Origin: Strigamia acuminata
Taxonomy: Eukaryota
Reading direction: 5' to 3'
DNA: 64,000 nt
Assembly: GCA_949358305.1 (NCBI GenBank)
Contig: OX442314.1
Location: 11,904,001 to 11,968,000 of the forward strand
Positions 23,321 through 37,518 of the stretch are shown in pieces (the stretch's first letter is position 1; each line of letters opens with the position of its first letter). A model generated the notes under the pieces. It saw nothing but the letters and a program-made list of their open reading frames with translations, had not been told where the DNA came from and did no database searches. Made by a program: the position numbers and the translations under genes.

Positions 23321-26300
23321 TCACAAGGCACTCTCTGACGGCACGAACAATGCCACTGGAAAATGCTTGATATGAGTTTGCCACTGCGCGGACAGTTGGA
23401 AAAACTTCACTCCGTACCAATCGATTCCGTCGATGTTCACTGAAATGAAAGTGAACAACAAACTCGTTTCAATATTTCAATTAATTTGTGTGTGGGTAAA
23501 AATTTAACCTTTTAACGGTTGTGACCGTGTCAAGCAAATAAGTCTGTTGATGCCTTCAACTAGAGTGCTCTTTGGTTCGCTTTCTTTGTCTTTCTCCTTC
23601 TTTTTGCCCAATCTCATAACTAGAAAACAAACGGCATTTAAAATACAATGAAACAAAGTCAAATTTAGTTCAACCCCATTACAGGACCAACCAGATGCAA
23701 AGTCTGTGCAAAATAACTATTTTTAAATGCTTTTTAGGCGCAATATTGGCTTTTCTTTAGCAAAAAATGCATTTCTTTAGCAAGAGATGCATTTCTAGAC
23801 GCAAAAGATGCATTTCTAGACGCAAAAGATGCATTTCTAGACGCAAAAGATGCATTTCTAGACGCAAAAGATGCATTTCTAGACGCAAAAGATGCATTTC
23901 TAGACGCAAAAGATGCATTTCTAGACGCAAAAGATGCATTTCTAGACGCAAAAGATGCATTTCTAGACGCAAAAGATGCATTTCTAGACGCAAAAGATGC
24001 ATTTCTAGACGCAAAAGATGCATTTCAAGACGCAAAAAATGCATTTTTAGACGCAAAAAATGCATTTCTAGACAAAAAACGTGCATTAATAGTCGAAAAA
24101 CAAGCATATTTTGTCGAAGAACGTGCATTTCTAGACTAAAAATGGCGATTTTTGATTAATTTCGTGATAAGCTTATTTGGAATAACGGGGTTGAACTGTA
24201 AAGCCGACAGATACTTTTTTGTTTTTTCTCCTTGCTGATGTAATTCATAGACAATGCTCCCGAAGTTTCTCCTTGAGGTGGTAATCGCATGAATTGTAAT
24301 GATTTAAATGTGGATTTGAGCGTGTTTTTGTTGCTATCAGCTTTTTTATTGCTATCACTTTTAGTTTGATTTGTCCAATAGTCAATTTGAAGATCGAGTG
24401 GCTCTTGACTCGTTGGAAGAAATATTTGAGAATTGTGAGCACTGAAAACAAAATAAATCACAAGCTGAGCACAAAACCTTTAATCGATACAAATCAAACT
24501 AGTTCCACTAACGTTTGTAATGGAATTCCTATACTAGGAGAACTCGGAGGAGAGCCGCCTTCCTTTGGTTTATCTAACTGATTGGTTGCAGGTGGAGAAC
24601 TCGATTGGAAAGATATCGTGCTAATTTCGTCGAAATCGACTGACGTGGGTGCCGATGCATCAGCCGCTCCGATTCTCACCTCCTAAATAGTCAAATTCAT
24701 TCGTTAACAACTTGAAAAATACTACAAACATTTATTAAATCAACTCACACTGACAAATGGAACAAATATTTGTGACGAATCTTCATCAGAACTTTTTTCT
24801 TTGTAAGTAATCATTGCCTCGGCGATTGGAAGTTGATGAACCGACGCAATATTATTAATATATCGACTTATACGATTGACAATTTCCTGAGATTCTGTAC
24901 ATTTTAAGAGGCAATTAAATTAATTTAAACGTAAATATAGTAATTTTTTTCATATTTCTTACCTGTTTTTTGTGTTTCCGGCTTTTCGATCGCATCCCGC
25001 CAAACAGATTCGAGAAACATAGTGTGGTAAGTACTGTCCATTGAACCCAAGTATTTAGCCAGATTATTAACACCTGCAAAATATATTAATATATTAATAA
25101 ATAGTTTTTTTAAACGTTAAAATTTAATTCTTACCAACTGGAATGATTAAAAATTTAATGTAAGTCTGCCATTCTGGCGGTTTACTCGAAAGCTGCTCAA
25201 CATATGTCCGTACCACGCAATTAACATAACCATCACTGCCAATAATGACCACTTTTATGGGAAGAGGCGCTTTAGAATTCGTATTGCAGCTGTGGAAACA
25301 ACAATTTAACAAATTAAATCGAAAACAAAATTTCAAAAAAAATATTTTACAATTTTTGTATTCTGCTGACTAGAAAAGAAATAGTCGCTCTGACATCGGC
25401 ATTTGCCGCTGTTGTCAACACGCGATGTTGTTTTTCCGTTAAGCGCTGGGCTATAACTTGGCCCTGAATTTCCAATACATTCACCATTATGACGTAATCG
25501 GGAGTACTGTCTTCGGTGGGAAACACTTTTCCCAATTGTTCCAATAATATTTTACGAGGCTGTCAAATTTATTTGTAAAAAATTACTTCAATTACTTGCG
25601 GAATTCAATTTTAATATCAACTTACACTGCTATCAAAATGACAAACACTGTTGCTCCGTTCAACGGATCCCTTAGATAAAGAAATTCTTTTTTCTTTGGT
25701 AGTATTTTTATCTCGTGTGAACAGTTTCGGTCTCTTATCGCTCGATGTTATCTTTTTTTCTTCAATTGTCGGTGGACTGCTGGCTGTTTGCGGCGGGTCC
25801 GATTGCTCGTGATCCGTTAGTTGATCCTGAATCGTAATAAACGAAAATTAGAAATTTAAATTGTCTTTTTTATTTCCTTTTCTCACTGGATGGCTATCGG
25901 AATCTGCCTTTTTCGAGCTTTCGTCGCTCAATCGATCAGCACCAACCTAAATAAACAAAGAATTTGTAAGATAATCATCACACAATGCGCTGTCATTACG
26001 AACCTTATCAACAGATAAGCCCTCTTGAATGAGGGAACGACTAGATGGAAAAAAAGGCCTAAAGATAGAAAAATACAATTTTAATAGTGAACTTTATAAA
26101 ATATAGTGGCGGGACAAAAAGTGTGGCAGCTGTCGTAGATACGTCCAAGAAGATTATATGTATTTGGCTTTAAAAACACATTTTTGTACTATTTTGGTCT
26201 AAAAACACATTTTTTGACCGATTTTTGCCTAAAACATCACATTTTGAACAATTTTAAGCGAAAAATAGCATTTTTTGAACGATTTTGGCCTAATACACCA

Positions 26301-28858
26301 CATTTTGAACAATTTTGTGCTAAAAATAGCATTTTTTGATACCGTTAAACCTGAAATTTTGCTAAATTTTTCCCGTAGAGTGGATTTATGCTCCTAAAAA
26401 TGCATCATTTTGTTCTTAAAAGGTTTATTCTCGCATCGGTACGACGTAATTATGAATAGTTGCCAAACATCCATAAAAAGAAACCAAAAAACTACCGTAA
26501 ACTAGGCTTTGGTGTAGACATTATGCTGACCGTATCCATATCCGGCCCACTATCACTCAAATCTTCTAATTCGTCAAACAGATCTTCGATATCCTGAGGA
26601 TCCATTTCTTCGTGCGCGCTTTTTTGTTCAATTTCCTCTATTTCATGATCTTCATCAGTCACCTTAAACCGCTTCAAAAGAGATATAAACTTCTGTTTCA
26701 AATTTCTTTGCTATAAAAAATACAAAAACCAAATTAAAATAAATTTAAAAATAAAAAAAAAATCACTAAATTTACTCTGGCAGCAGCTCCAGCAGGTAAA
26801 TTAATCTCAACTCCACGACTCCTATGATTCCTCCCGTCCTCCAACATGGGCTCGCTGTCGCTACCTTCTTCATTGGACGTAAAATCTTCCTCTTCGTCGC
26901 TGTAGGTTTCGCCAACTCGATCTACAAACACGGACGGGATGAGGAAACTAGCAAAATTCTTGAGGGAAAAAGCGGTTATTTTCACTAAAGGCTCGTCTAA
27001 TTTATTAGTAAAAAATCGATCGAAGAAGATAGAAGACAGCAAACAGAAGATAGAATACAGGTTCTTTTCATAAACATCAACAAACCTCCGGCTTCAATCA
27101 CAGTCGCGCCTTCCTTCTGCTTCGCATCGTGGTCGACCGGTTGACTTAATAGAGAAACCATACTCATTTTGGCCACGATGGACGTTTTTTCTTTCAAATC
27201 CGTGTACAATTCCAGCTCCTCGTCGACTGGCTTTTGAAGTGCCTGCGAAAAACGACGAAATTCGATCAGAAACGTGCAAAATTGCGACTCGCGAGTCCTA
27301 ATTTAATTCCGGTTTATCTCATTACCTCGGCCATGCCAACTGTTCCAACCGCCAGTGTTTTAAACCCCAACATGGTTCTGTTTTTATACCGCTTACGTCG
27401 TTGTAAAAGGATTTGCAATTTATTGCCCTCTCTCTTAAGAAAATGTGGGTACTAAAAATAAAAGAGATAATTTTTATGGTCTTAAGTTTAAGCTTTAAAT
27501 CAATACGGCGCTGCGCTTCAACCAAAAGGCTTAAAGTTTCGAAATTTCGTCGGTTTTTCTCTCAAAAAATTGCATCGTGGATTAATATCAGACAAACGAT
27601 TAATAATTAATGTTTTCGTACTAAAGTTTCGCTTTAGCGCATTAAAAAGCCATTAAATGATAATAACTAACGCAAATTCGCTCATAAAAATAAAAATCGT
27701 TACTGCTAACGATCTTAATTCCATTTTTAGCATTTTTCGATGACATAATGCATTGAAAAAACACTAAACAGCCAATTTTCTAAGACAGAAAAAAAAAATA
27801 AGAAACCTGAAACGAAAATGACAGTGCTAATTCCCGTTCCAAAATGTTTTCAGTGCCAGGCATAATGACTTCATTTGAACGGAGAATTCGCTTGGAACTC
27901 TGTAATAAAAAATAGAAAAAAAAATAGAAAAAATGTATACAAATTTGACAGTTCTATCTCACCTGCACTTTAACTGCAATTACGAGTGATGTAAGGTCAT
28001 TTCCTAATGGTTTGAGCAGGACAAGTTTAGTAAGAGTCAAGGTGCATACTCTATTTAATTAAACAAATCAAATGAAGAATTAAATATTAATAGTAATCTA
28101 CTTTCATTAAACACCGGCCAAAATCTCTTAAATAACTACGAATGTTTAAACATGTGTTGGTTTAATGCCAACAACATAACGTTAAGGTATTACGCTTATC
28201 ATACAACCAAAAATACCAACACATACCGATGATGCAACATCCAACACACACATTTCTTCATTTATTTATTTGTTTTTAATGAAATAAAAATATAAAATAA
28301 AAATAAAAATAAATATAATTAATTTATAAATAAATTTATAAATTAGTTCAACGAACTGTTAAATAACGGGAAACGTAAATTGAAAAATTTTTACGCCGAA
28401 TATTTAGGGAATTTAAAGGAAATATCAAACAAATCAAATGTCAATTTTTCCCTGTAGGAACTGCATAGAGGAAAGAAGTTGAATTAAAGGCGCATTTTCG
28501 ACATTTATCACCTGGGTGCGTAGGAAAACACCCGAGAGTTGGTTGACAATTTTGTGTCGGTGTGTGTGGATGTGTTGTTGGTTATTTCGATTCTTTTAAC
28601 GACTATATTTGGCTAAATTAAATGATTCAACTCGGGGCAGCATCTGAATCACGTCGGTCTCATTTAGACGGGCAGTGATTTAAAAGGAAGATGCGGAAAT
28701 GCACGGGAGTTACGGTTGTTTATGGATTATTAGTTGGAAATTATTTTCTACCTCGGAATACAATTCGGTGGTGTTCTATCAATTTCCCACGACGCGTATA
28801 ATTTAACCGGGGTTGGTTTTGGCCCTGCAGTGAGAGGAGGGTTCAGTCTGTCAGCCAT
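23321..28858 (-). CDS. PACS: Phosphofurin acidic cluster sorting protein (PACS1/PACS2 homologue), multi-exon
   Basis: N-terminus [66 protein letters not shown]-terminus [30 protein letters not shown]. Confidence 0.93.
23765..24135. repeat. Intronic minisatellite, 21-bp unit AGATGCATTTCTAGACGCAAA
   Basis: More than ten near-perfect tandem copies; explains the repetitive shadow ORFs. Confidence 0.95.
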
Positions 28859-29199
28859 TATTCTTGAAATCTTGATAGTTGCAATTGCTTTGGTCAGAGC
28901 GTTGTGACTTTTAGAGGATTTAGTCCGGGATTGAAATACACAATAAAAATTTTAATGAAAACAAATTTTGAATGAAATTTATTTTATTTTTTTTATCTTT
29001 TGGATATAATTATATTGTTTAAATTAAATTTATTTTAGATTGGTCGTGTCGAAGTATTCTCGAGAGGTGTCACTCGCGACCGGTTTCATGTTGAGGGACT
29101 ATATCTGTGTCGCCGGTTGTAGTTAAGGGAATTATTCACGTTAAAAGAGAAATATAATAGTGAAGAACGAACTGTGAAATTTGTTTAGATATTCCTGCC
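28859..29199. promoter_or_regulatory. Probable bidirectional promoter and 5'UTR region between PACS and UBXN1
   Basis: Divergent start codons only 341 bp apart. Confidence 0.6.
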
Positions 29200-30701
29200 A
29201 TGTCAGACGCGATAAATACGTTGCTCGAAATGGGTTTCCCAGTAAACCGAGCGTGAGTTCTCGACGTCATTAAAACTGATTGTTGATATACAAATTTACA
29301 AAATATAGTTAATTTTGATTTGTTTTGATTTTTCTAGGGAAAAAGCGTTGAAAATAACTGGGAATATTGGTGCAGAAGTGGCTATGGATTGGTACGAATA
29401 TAATGCAACATATGCTTTTTGAATATTCGATGTAGATATTTTAAAATTGAAGGTTGTTGGCGCATAATGACGACCCCAACATAGACGAACCGATGCAATC
29501 TGAAATTACGAGCAGTTCGAGCACTACTGAAGGTCGTAACATGAAATATTGATGTTAACAAATCGTATTTAATATCGTTTGTTTAATTTTTAGATAATAA
29601 TCAACCAGTTTCGTCTGGAAATGGAGATGATAATGAAAATATGGACACGGCTTCTATTGCTAAGTCATTCCGATGCGACGAGTAAGAAATGGCGGACGAT
29701 GAAATTTAATAATTAAAAATTTAAATTTTTTTTTTAATATTCAGTTGTGGGAAACAACTTTCGAGTGAACAAGCGGTTGAGTTTCACGCTGCCAAAACGG
29801 GACATACGAATTTTTCGGAATCGTCCGAAGAATTAAAGCCGATGACCGAAGAGGAGAAAAAAGATCGTTTATTGAAGTATTTTCTTGCGGGAAGAAAAAT
29901 GTGGAGTTAAATACCCGTTTTTTGTTTTTAGGATAGAAGAGAAAATTAAGATGAGAAGATTAGAAAAAGAAGCGCACGATAAGCGGGAACAAAACGAAAA
30001 GGAACGACAACGAAGAAAAGTGGGACAAGAAATCACAGAAGCCAAGAAACGGTTTTTAATTTTTAATTTTTTCCTCCGAATTTCGGGAAAATTTTGGATT
30101 AACAATTTGTAATTTCTAGAATGGAAGACGAGGAATTAAAACAAATAGCGGAACAAAAACGGAGGGAAAAAATGGAGGAAAAAATGGCTAGACAAAGAGT
30201 TCTAGATCAGATCGAAAAAGATAAACAAGCCAGAAGAGAAAAAGTATTAAAAATAGAAAACATTCCATCGATTTTTTGATAAATATTAAATTATTTTAAG
30301 TTCGGTGGGGCCTCTCAATCGAAAGAGGAAACTGCGGTACCCTTACCACCGATTGTGACACCCGTGCAACTAGCGGTGAAAAAAGATTACGAACAAACAA
30401 AAATCCAAGTAAAAAAATGCAAATGTTTAATAATTTTACATCAAATTTATAATTTTTTTAAATTTAAATTTAGGTTAGGCTACCGAATGGAACGGCACTG
30501 ACCCAGTCGTTCGGCAGCAAGGAGGAACTAGCAGCTGTGCGACTCTACATTCTGATGAGCCAAAACGAAATTGGCGAACCATTCACGATGATGACCAATT
30601 TTCCTAAACGAGTTTTCACCGACGAAGATATGGAAAAACCGCTATTCGAATTAGGTTTAGTGCCTTCCGCTGTCATCATAATCAGCAAAGGGCAAAGCTA
30701 A
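29200..30701 (+). CDS. UBXN1: UBX domain protein 1 (UBA, C2H2 zinc finger, coiled coil, UBX), multi-exon
   Basis: LLEMGFPVNRAEKAL UBA; CDECGK...FHAAKTGHTNFSES; VRLPNG...TNFPKRVF...LGLVPSAVII UBX. Confidence 0.92.
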
Positions 30702-30839
30702 AGCGATTTTTTTAAAATAACGATTTCAACTTTAATTCCGTTCTAAATAACAACAAAAATTGTTTTTTTTTTTTTTACAGTAATATCGATTTACAAAAAT
30801 ACGTACTTTATATGTAAATTGTATAATAAATTACTAATT

Positions 30840-32273
30840 CTAACACTTTGGAGCGTTTTCAACATTTTTCCAGTATTTGATAACTCGTGGGTTCGGGAAA
30901 TCCACCTTAATAGTCGTCAGTTGCTTGGTAACGCTCTTGGTGTGGGTGATTGGCGGATACCAAACCAAGGAGTTTTTGGGGCAACGTTCGGCTCCAATGG
31001 CGATCGGAATGTTATCTATGGCATCCGATGGGCAGTTGATTAAGTTGAGCTCCTTGTCAAAACATATTTCGATTTCGTAGATGTAGTAAGTCTTGTTTGT
31101 CTATCGAAAATTTTAAATAAAATAAATACGTGTTTAAATATTTTCCGCATTTCGTACACTCACCTTTATGTACTCGCACACTAGAAGCGGATTCACGTGC
31201 AGAACGTTCTGAACGGCAGTTTCGATGTCGTAGGCCTGTTATTTTAAAATATTATGCATTAATTATGTGTTTAAACAGTGTTTAACTTCAATTTACCAAT
31301 ACTGGTGTGTCGGAACTGGGTTCAATGCCAGAGTTTTTGAGAATACTGTGAAAAAATGGAAGAAAAATCAAAACAGAACTGAAAGAAATGTGTTTTTCGT
31401 GCATACTTATTCATATTATATTGTTGTATCCATTTCAAACCCTGCTGAAAAAATCGAAGTTGTGTTTTTAGCATTGGAAGAGTTGATGCACAAGTGCCGT
31501 GTTTCTCCCATTCGTGCGACCTGTTTAATTAATTTTATATTAATGTTTGTGTTAATTTATTTCTGGTTAAATGAGGCACCATAGAGAGTCTTCCGCTGTA
31601 TTTGCGTACACATTTGCCCAATATTTATCCAAATCTTCTTTGATTTTCTAAATAATAAATTTTTAGAAAAATTATCATTTTTTATTAATGGCGGAGCAAT
31701 TCTGCAAACTAACTTTAATCTGGTTGACGTCAAACGGATCGGATTTATTGCAAAATGACGGGTCTGAACTTTCCAATGAAGAAGGCCTGTAAATGAATTT
31801 TTTATTTTTTTTTACATTATTTTTATTTTTATTTTTTTAATCTCTAATACCATATTCCATGAACAGTCCAGCTATCAATCTGGCAAGTAATATTGCACTT
31901 GTGCTTTGGATCGGGAATCTAATCAATGAAAAAAAAACAATGGAATTCAGCTCATAGCTATAATTAACTGTGACAATTACTTTACCTGCCAAGTAAGACA
32001 AGATACTGGTGGCCATGTTTGAGTGAACATTAAATAGTCCCATTTTTTACTGTTAATGTCAACAGAGTTGTTTTTATATCTATATAAGGAAAAGATGAAT
32101 GCAATTAGAATATAATAATATTTAGAAACTACAGTAAAGACGAGATAAAATTCATATATTTTTTGGTAAAAGCCTAAAACTTACTGTTTCGCAACATTGA
32201 CGGATGGCATTCCATCGCTGCAATGTAGAAAACAAAGCAATAGAATTCCCAGAAGCATAGTACATTTGGCCAT
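30840..32273 (-). CDS. RNASET2: Ribonuclease T2 copy 1, catalytic motifs intact
   Basis: Signal peptide, WDYLMFTQTWP, CAS I WTVHGIWP, CAS II HEWEKHGTC; 9 exons splice in frame. Confidence 0.92.
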
Positions 32274-32776
32274 GGCAATGAAAGTGTGTGCTAAAATGCC
32301 ACTATCAACTTAAAATATGCATTAAAAATTGATTAGATGTTTAAGTAAAGTAGTTGATAAAAATCCAAATCTTCCTGCTGTCATGTGCAGTGATATAAAC
32401 AAACGGTCATGTGATTACCTTATTTTGCAAGGGCAAATAATAATCCAGTGCTTTTAACAGATAGAAATATTATTAATAAAATTTGCTTTATTTATAAAGT
32501 GTAGTAAATTAAAAATTAAAAAGTTTTTAAAATTTTTATTTTTAATAGTCCCGCATTTGTGTTCCAACATTAATAACAACGCCATTTTTGATAGCGCCGT
32601 ATTGTGTTAAAATATCTAACTAGATTTCATCGCATTTCATCAAAATCTTTTGAATTTGGGCCAACTTGGAGTTTACGTAATTCACATGGTAATAACTAAT
32701 AAATCAATAAACCAAACTTTTGGAAACTTTTTGTGTTTTTTACTTTTATTTAGAATGTCAAATGAGCGAGTTTAGG

Positions 32777-35117
32777 TTATAGCGCGTAAGGTTCAATCTT
32801 CTCAGGCACGGCCGCGAACGGCGTTTGGGTCGGGTCGTGTTTGAGCTCGACCGTCCGCACTTCCGGGTGCGTCTCTATATACTCCTTTTTCGCCTTCTTG
32901 GCGCACTCCTGCACCTCCAAACGATGAAATTCCTCGTCGTTCGTAAACAGTGGACACCTATTAACGATTGAAATCACATTTACGAGTAACTTTACATTTA
33001 TTTCTTCATTCTCACTCTCCGTCCTTGAAATGGAAGTTGCCGACGATTGGCTCGCGACACACGTAGCAGAAGAACTGGCCGCAAATGCACTTCATTTTAT
33101 TGCAGCCATACTCCTTGATGAAGCGGCGTTTGCACCAAGGACAGGTACGCAGCAGCGCATCCGTCATCCTGTTCTCGATGTACGTGCGAAATTGCACCTC
33201 GGATCTCTGCTCCTCGGCCTCGTCGCAGGGCAGCGGGAGGTGGTAGGCTTTTCTGCAAAGTCTTAGCAAAAGAAAATTACTTCAGACGACAATTTTTCAT
33301 TTTCCTTTTTCGTTTACAAACCTGCACGTGACTTTGAGACATTCCGGGTTGAAGCACCGAAAGATCTTGAGGTTTGGGTCCGACACGATGGCGCAGAAGG
33401 AGCAGTGCGGACACGACACGAGGTCCGGGATGTCTGCGCGCCGGATCTCCTCCTCCTGCATCCTGCGGACGAGGCTTGAGAACACGTTGGGCGGCAGCAC
33501 GTTCTGCAGCGTGATGGGCGAGAACTCGCTTTCGCATTGTGGGTCGAGGCAGTGGAACTCGTACTTGCCCTGGCCGATTTGCACTTCGGCATAGCGCCGG
33601 ATGCAGATTTTGCAGAACAGGTGACCGTCGGAACACTGCAGCATATCCTCGATGAGCAATTCGTCGTCGAAACAGCAACCGCAGGTCATCAATTGGCCGT
33701 TTTCCTTCACCATTTCGATTTTCCTCCGCTGCTCCATTTCCTTGTCTTTTTTAAATTCTAAAAAAGAAAGGAAAAATGAAATAAATCTCTTTTAGATACG
33801 ACACGACGTTTTATGACGTTTGATTCTGTCTTCCATTTCGATGAATAACATCTCTTTGTAGAACAGTTCGTCAATTGTGTTCGGCATCGGTTTGATGGCG
33901 CTTATTTTCGTCTTTATCCTCACGGTCTCCTTCGTTTTCTTGACCAATGGTTCTGTAATGAATCGAATTAATCGATTATTTTGTAATTGTAAATTGATTA
34001 AATTCACCATCGGATCCAACGTTCCACTGCGAATTCAACTCCTTCATGATCGGAGTCAGGTGGAACAGGTGTTTCTCCATAACGTACACCAAATCGGCTT
34101 TGTACGCGTACCGAAACTTGTTTTGCACGTAACACTCGACGTGCTGTTTGTACGATTGACTCACGACCCTCGTGTGGTTTTGAAAATAATTTTCCGGGTC
34201 TGGGAACATCTCGAGAAACTCCTCGACGCTGAAATCACTAGAAACGATGCAAATAGTAGAGAAAATAATCATAAAAATATATAAACAAAACCTTTCCACA
34301 AATTTTCGCTTGGTCGCCGCCCGTTGAGCATCGGCCATCTTGGGATATAAAGAACGATTCTCTAACCATTCGGCAACGGTAGCGTTGATGTAATCCGCGT
34401 CGTTCGTGTATTTCCCGATGAAAGTTCGCAGATATTCGGGATCGGCGTCGGGAAACAGCTCCAAAATGGAGTCCACTTTGGCCGTGGCCGTCGACTGATC
34501 GTCGTTCTCTTCGGCGGAAGTCGGCGCGGTCGCTTCCTGCTCGTAATTATTCATGTCGAGCAACTCGGCGGTCGCTTCCTGCTCTTCATTATTCATGTCG
34601 AGCAACTCGGCGATCACTACGCGCACCCGGTTTGGATTGCCGTGAAATGCCTCCAAATACGCGAAGATTTCCTCCCTGCTCTTATTGGGAACACATCTGC
34701 TCACCACGTCCACATCCTTGACCAATTCGTTGAACTTTTCGTTTTCGTTTTTCTCCTGGATCTTCGTTAGTCGTTTGGTGATCAACCGGTCGATGACGAC
34801 GTTTCTTCTGTTGGGAGTCGCACTCTCCGCTTCAATCAACTCGTAAACTTCGTTCGCATCCACGTCGAAATCCGGATGTATTTCTCGGAGGGTCCTCACG
34901 ATCGAAGTGACTTCCTAAACACAAATTAAATCCGTTTTAGTTACTTTTTCGGGTTTTATCGATCAGTTTGATATTTGTATAGTACCCTTAATTTATGATG
35001 AAATACATCTGGATCGTTGCTTTCTTCATCTGCGTGCGTACGATTCACAATGTCGTCGTTTTCAGCGTCTTCAGCGTTACCGCCGTGCCGGAAGTTTAAA
35101 ATTTCGCCATTTTCCAT
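32777..35117 (-). CDS. RNF216: RBR E3 ubiquitin ligase, RNF216/TRIAD3-like
   Basis: CUE-like LELFPDADPEYL; RING1 CGCCFDD...CSDGHLFCKIC; IBR CPHC...CFNPECLKVTCRLC; RING2 CPWC...GCNKMKCICG; 42-bp coding duplication near 34526-34610. Confidence 0.85.
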
Positions 35118-35617
35118 CGTTCTTTATTTGCGTTATTAAATTAAGAAACCAGCTGTTTATTGAATTTTTTTGTAAAAAGAAACCGGAAATTCAGACGGAG
35201 TTTAGGCCATCCCCAAACACGAATTTCTCATATGTACTTGAATATTTGTCGTTGCCAAATAAAACGGGGTTCCAACACTTACAAACTTGGATTTAAAAAA
35301 GACTTATTCGAAAAAGAGACAGAATGAATTCTAGTTAGAATTTCTAACACAATACGGCGCTGCTACAAGCGATCCAAAATGGCGCCGACCTCTCCCTCCT
35401 GCAAAACCAGAGAAGTACTATACAACAAAAGGTTAAATCATTTATCTATTTTCTATTCAAATCTGAGCAGTGTTCATGCTGTATGAGGTACAGAAAAATA
35501 CATTTTATTCGTTCGCGTCAATATTTTTAAAATGAAATTTTAAATTTTAAATTTATATTTGAATTTGCAAAACGAATTACACACGTTTAGTGGACAAGTA
35601 ACGAACTGCATTTTAAT

Positions 35618-35754
35618 TTAAATTTCTGTTTTCTGCTCTCGAGACTGTCTCCTGGCATAACTTCCTAAGCACGCAAAGAATCCCATGGTACTGATTAACA
35701 GGCCTAACATCAACGCCAATACGTCACCAGCTTCCATACCGCTTGCAGCAGGTG
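35618..35754 (-). CDS. SMIM30: SMIM30-like transmembrane segment (own start codon unclear; see findings)
   Basis: MEAGDVLALMLGLLISTMGFFACLGSYARR closely resembles human SMIM30 EAGDAIALLLGVVLSITGICACLGVYARKR as recalled. Confidence 0.8.
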
Positions 35755-37518
35755 CTATTGAATTCAAACAGACGAGAATAAATGAACGAAAAACTACAAA
35801 CACTCGTTGGGAAATGCATACTAATTTTCTTCATGTGGATTGGGGGATACCAAGCGAGATAATTCGGAGTACAACGCTTCTTCCCTTTATCTGGTGATGG
35901 GCAATCGATTAAGTTCAGTTCTTTATTAAAACATACTTTAATTTCGTAGATGTAGTAAGTATTGTTTGTCTGTAAAAGTTAGAAATAAAATTAAATATTT
36001 TTTCAAATTTCAATCATTTCTTTCATTAACCTCCACGTACTCGCAATCTAACAGCGGTTTCACGATTACAACTTTCCGAATGGCAGCTTCGATATCTTTC
36101 ACCTGTTATTTCACGTTTTATACATAAAAATACACGAACACAGAATAACTTCGATTTACCAACACCGGGGCATCAAAACTGGGTTCAATTCCAGACAATT
36201 TCAGAATGCTGTTTTATAGAGAGATGACAAAAAAAATAATTGAAATTATGTTGCAACATTGTACAGTACTGTATTTTGAATTGTATTGGGTTTCACGAGA
36301 ATGCATTTTGTAATACATTTTTGTGTGCTATTGGTTTGCAAATGATTAGGGTTTCTGTTTTCCCGCCTTTTTTTAATTCCTGGTTCCCGGTACCAAAATG
36401 GCCGGTACTCCCGGGACTAAAAAGGGTCAGACGATGAAAAATAGCTAAAAATGGCTGTTTTTGGTCAAAAATGGCCATTATCATCAAACAAAATGTAACG
36501 TTTCAATGACAAAGATGACGTTTCAGCAATGTTTTGACAATTTTGGACGGAAGCGGTTATTTTTTCAAATTTCCCGGTTCCCGGTTTCCGGGAAATCGGT
36601 ACCCCGGTTTCTCGGTACCGAAACCCTACAAATGATAATATATTTTGAAAAATGTATTAAGAAATGCATTCTTAATATTATTATATTACACAAAAATATA
36701 TTTTTGAACCATATGGGCACACCTACTTATGCATATTATATTTCTTAATCCACGTTAGACCCTGCTGAAAATATTTCAGTTGCGTTCCAAGCGCGGGGAG
36801 TGTGGATGCACAAGTTCCATGTTTCTCCCATTCGTGGCGCCTGTTCAATTAATTGTATTTTAGATATTACTATAATATTTTATGTAAAAAAAAAAAATTT
36901 TACCAAAAAGAATATTCTTCATCATTGGAGTGAACATCTGGCCAGTATTTATTCAATTCCCATTTGATTGACTAAATAATAATATAAATACTCATTTATT
37001 CACATCGTAATAATTTTGCAACCAACTTGAATTTGTTTAGCATCAAAGTGGTCGGATTTATTACAGAAAGAAGGACTTGGAGAATTTAGAAATGAAGGCC
37101 TTAAAAGTGTAAGTTTTATTGATTTTTATTTTTAAATCCTTTTCAATGTTTGCGATTATTGTTAAATATTATTTACCATATTCCATGAACTGTCCAACTA
37201 TCAATTTGGTGGTCGATACTGCACGTATTATTTGGATTCACAATCTAATTGAAAACAAACAAACCGAGTAAAAAAAGTGCAAAATCGCGTGTCATGAATT
37301 CTCTTTACTTGCCAGTTGAGACAAGACACTGGCGGCCATGTCTGAGTAAACATTAAATAATCCCATCCGGTTCTATAAAAATAAAACGCAAATCCAAGAC
37401 AAAAGTGGCGCGAAACTTAAAACTATCCCAAAACTTACTCTTCGCCAATACACAATCCAGCCTTTGTACTAAGAAAAAGACAGAAAATAATTAAATTTAT
37501 AATGTTAAGTTCAGCCAT
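35724..37518 (-). CDS. RNASET2: Ribonuclease T2 copy 2, catalytic motifs intact; 3' end overlaps the SMIM30-like ORF (ends at 35618 if spliced)
   Basis: Signal peptide, WTVHGIWP, HEWEKHGTC; unspliced stop at 35724-35726. Confidence 0.9.
36347..36628. mobile_element. hAT-type MITE in an intron of RNase T2 copy 2
   Basis: TIR TAGGGTTTC...GAAACCCTA with exact 8-bp TSD CAAATGAT on both sides. Confidence 0.9.

Noticed and set aside
23757..24159. Repetitive ORFs (LEMHLLR)n and (RRKRCIS)n
   Set aside because: Translations of a 21-bp intronic minisatellite
28512..28612. Possible alternative PACS exon bounded by AG and GT
   Set aside because: Phase incompatible with exon 1, gives an immediate stop, and has no supporting homology
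33030..33761. Several overlapping ORFs around the RNF216-like exons
   Set aside because: Shadow frames of GC-rich coding sequence
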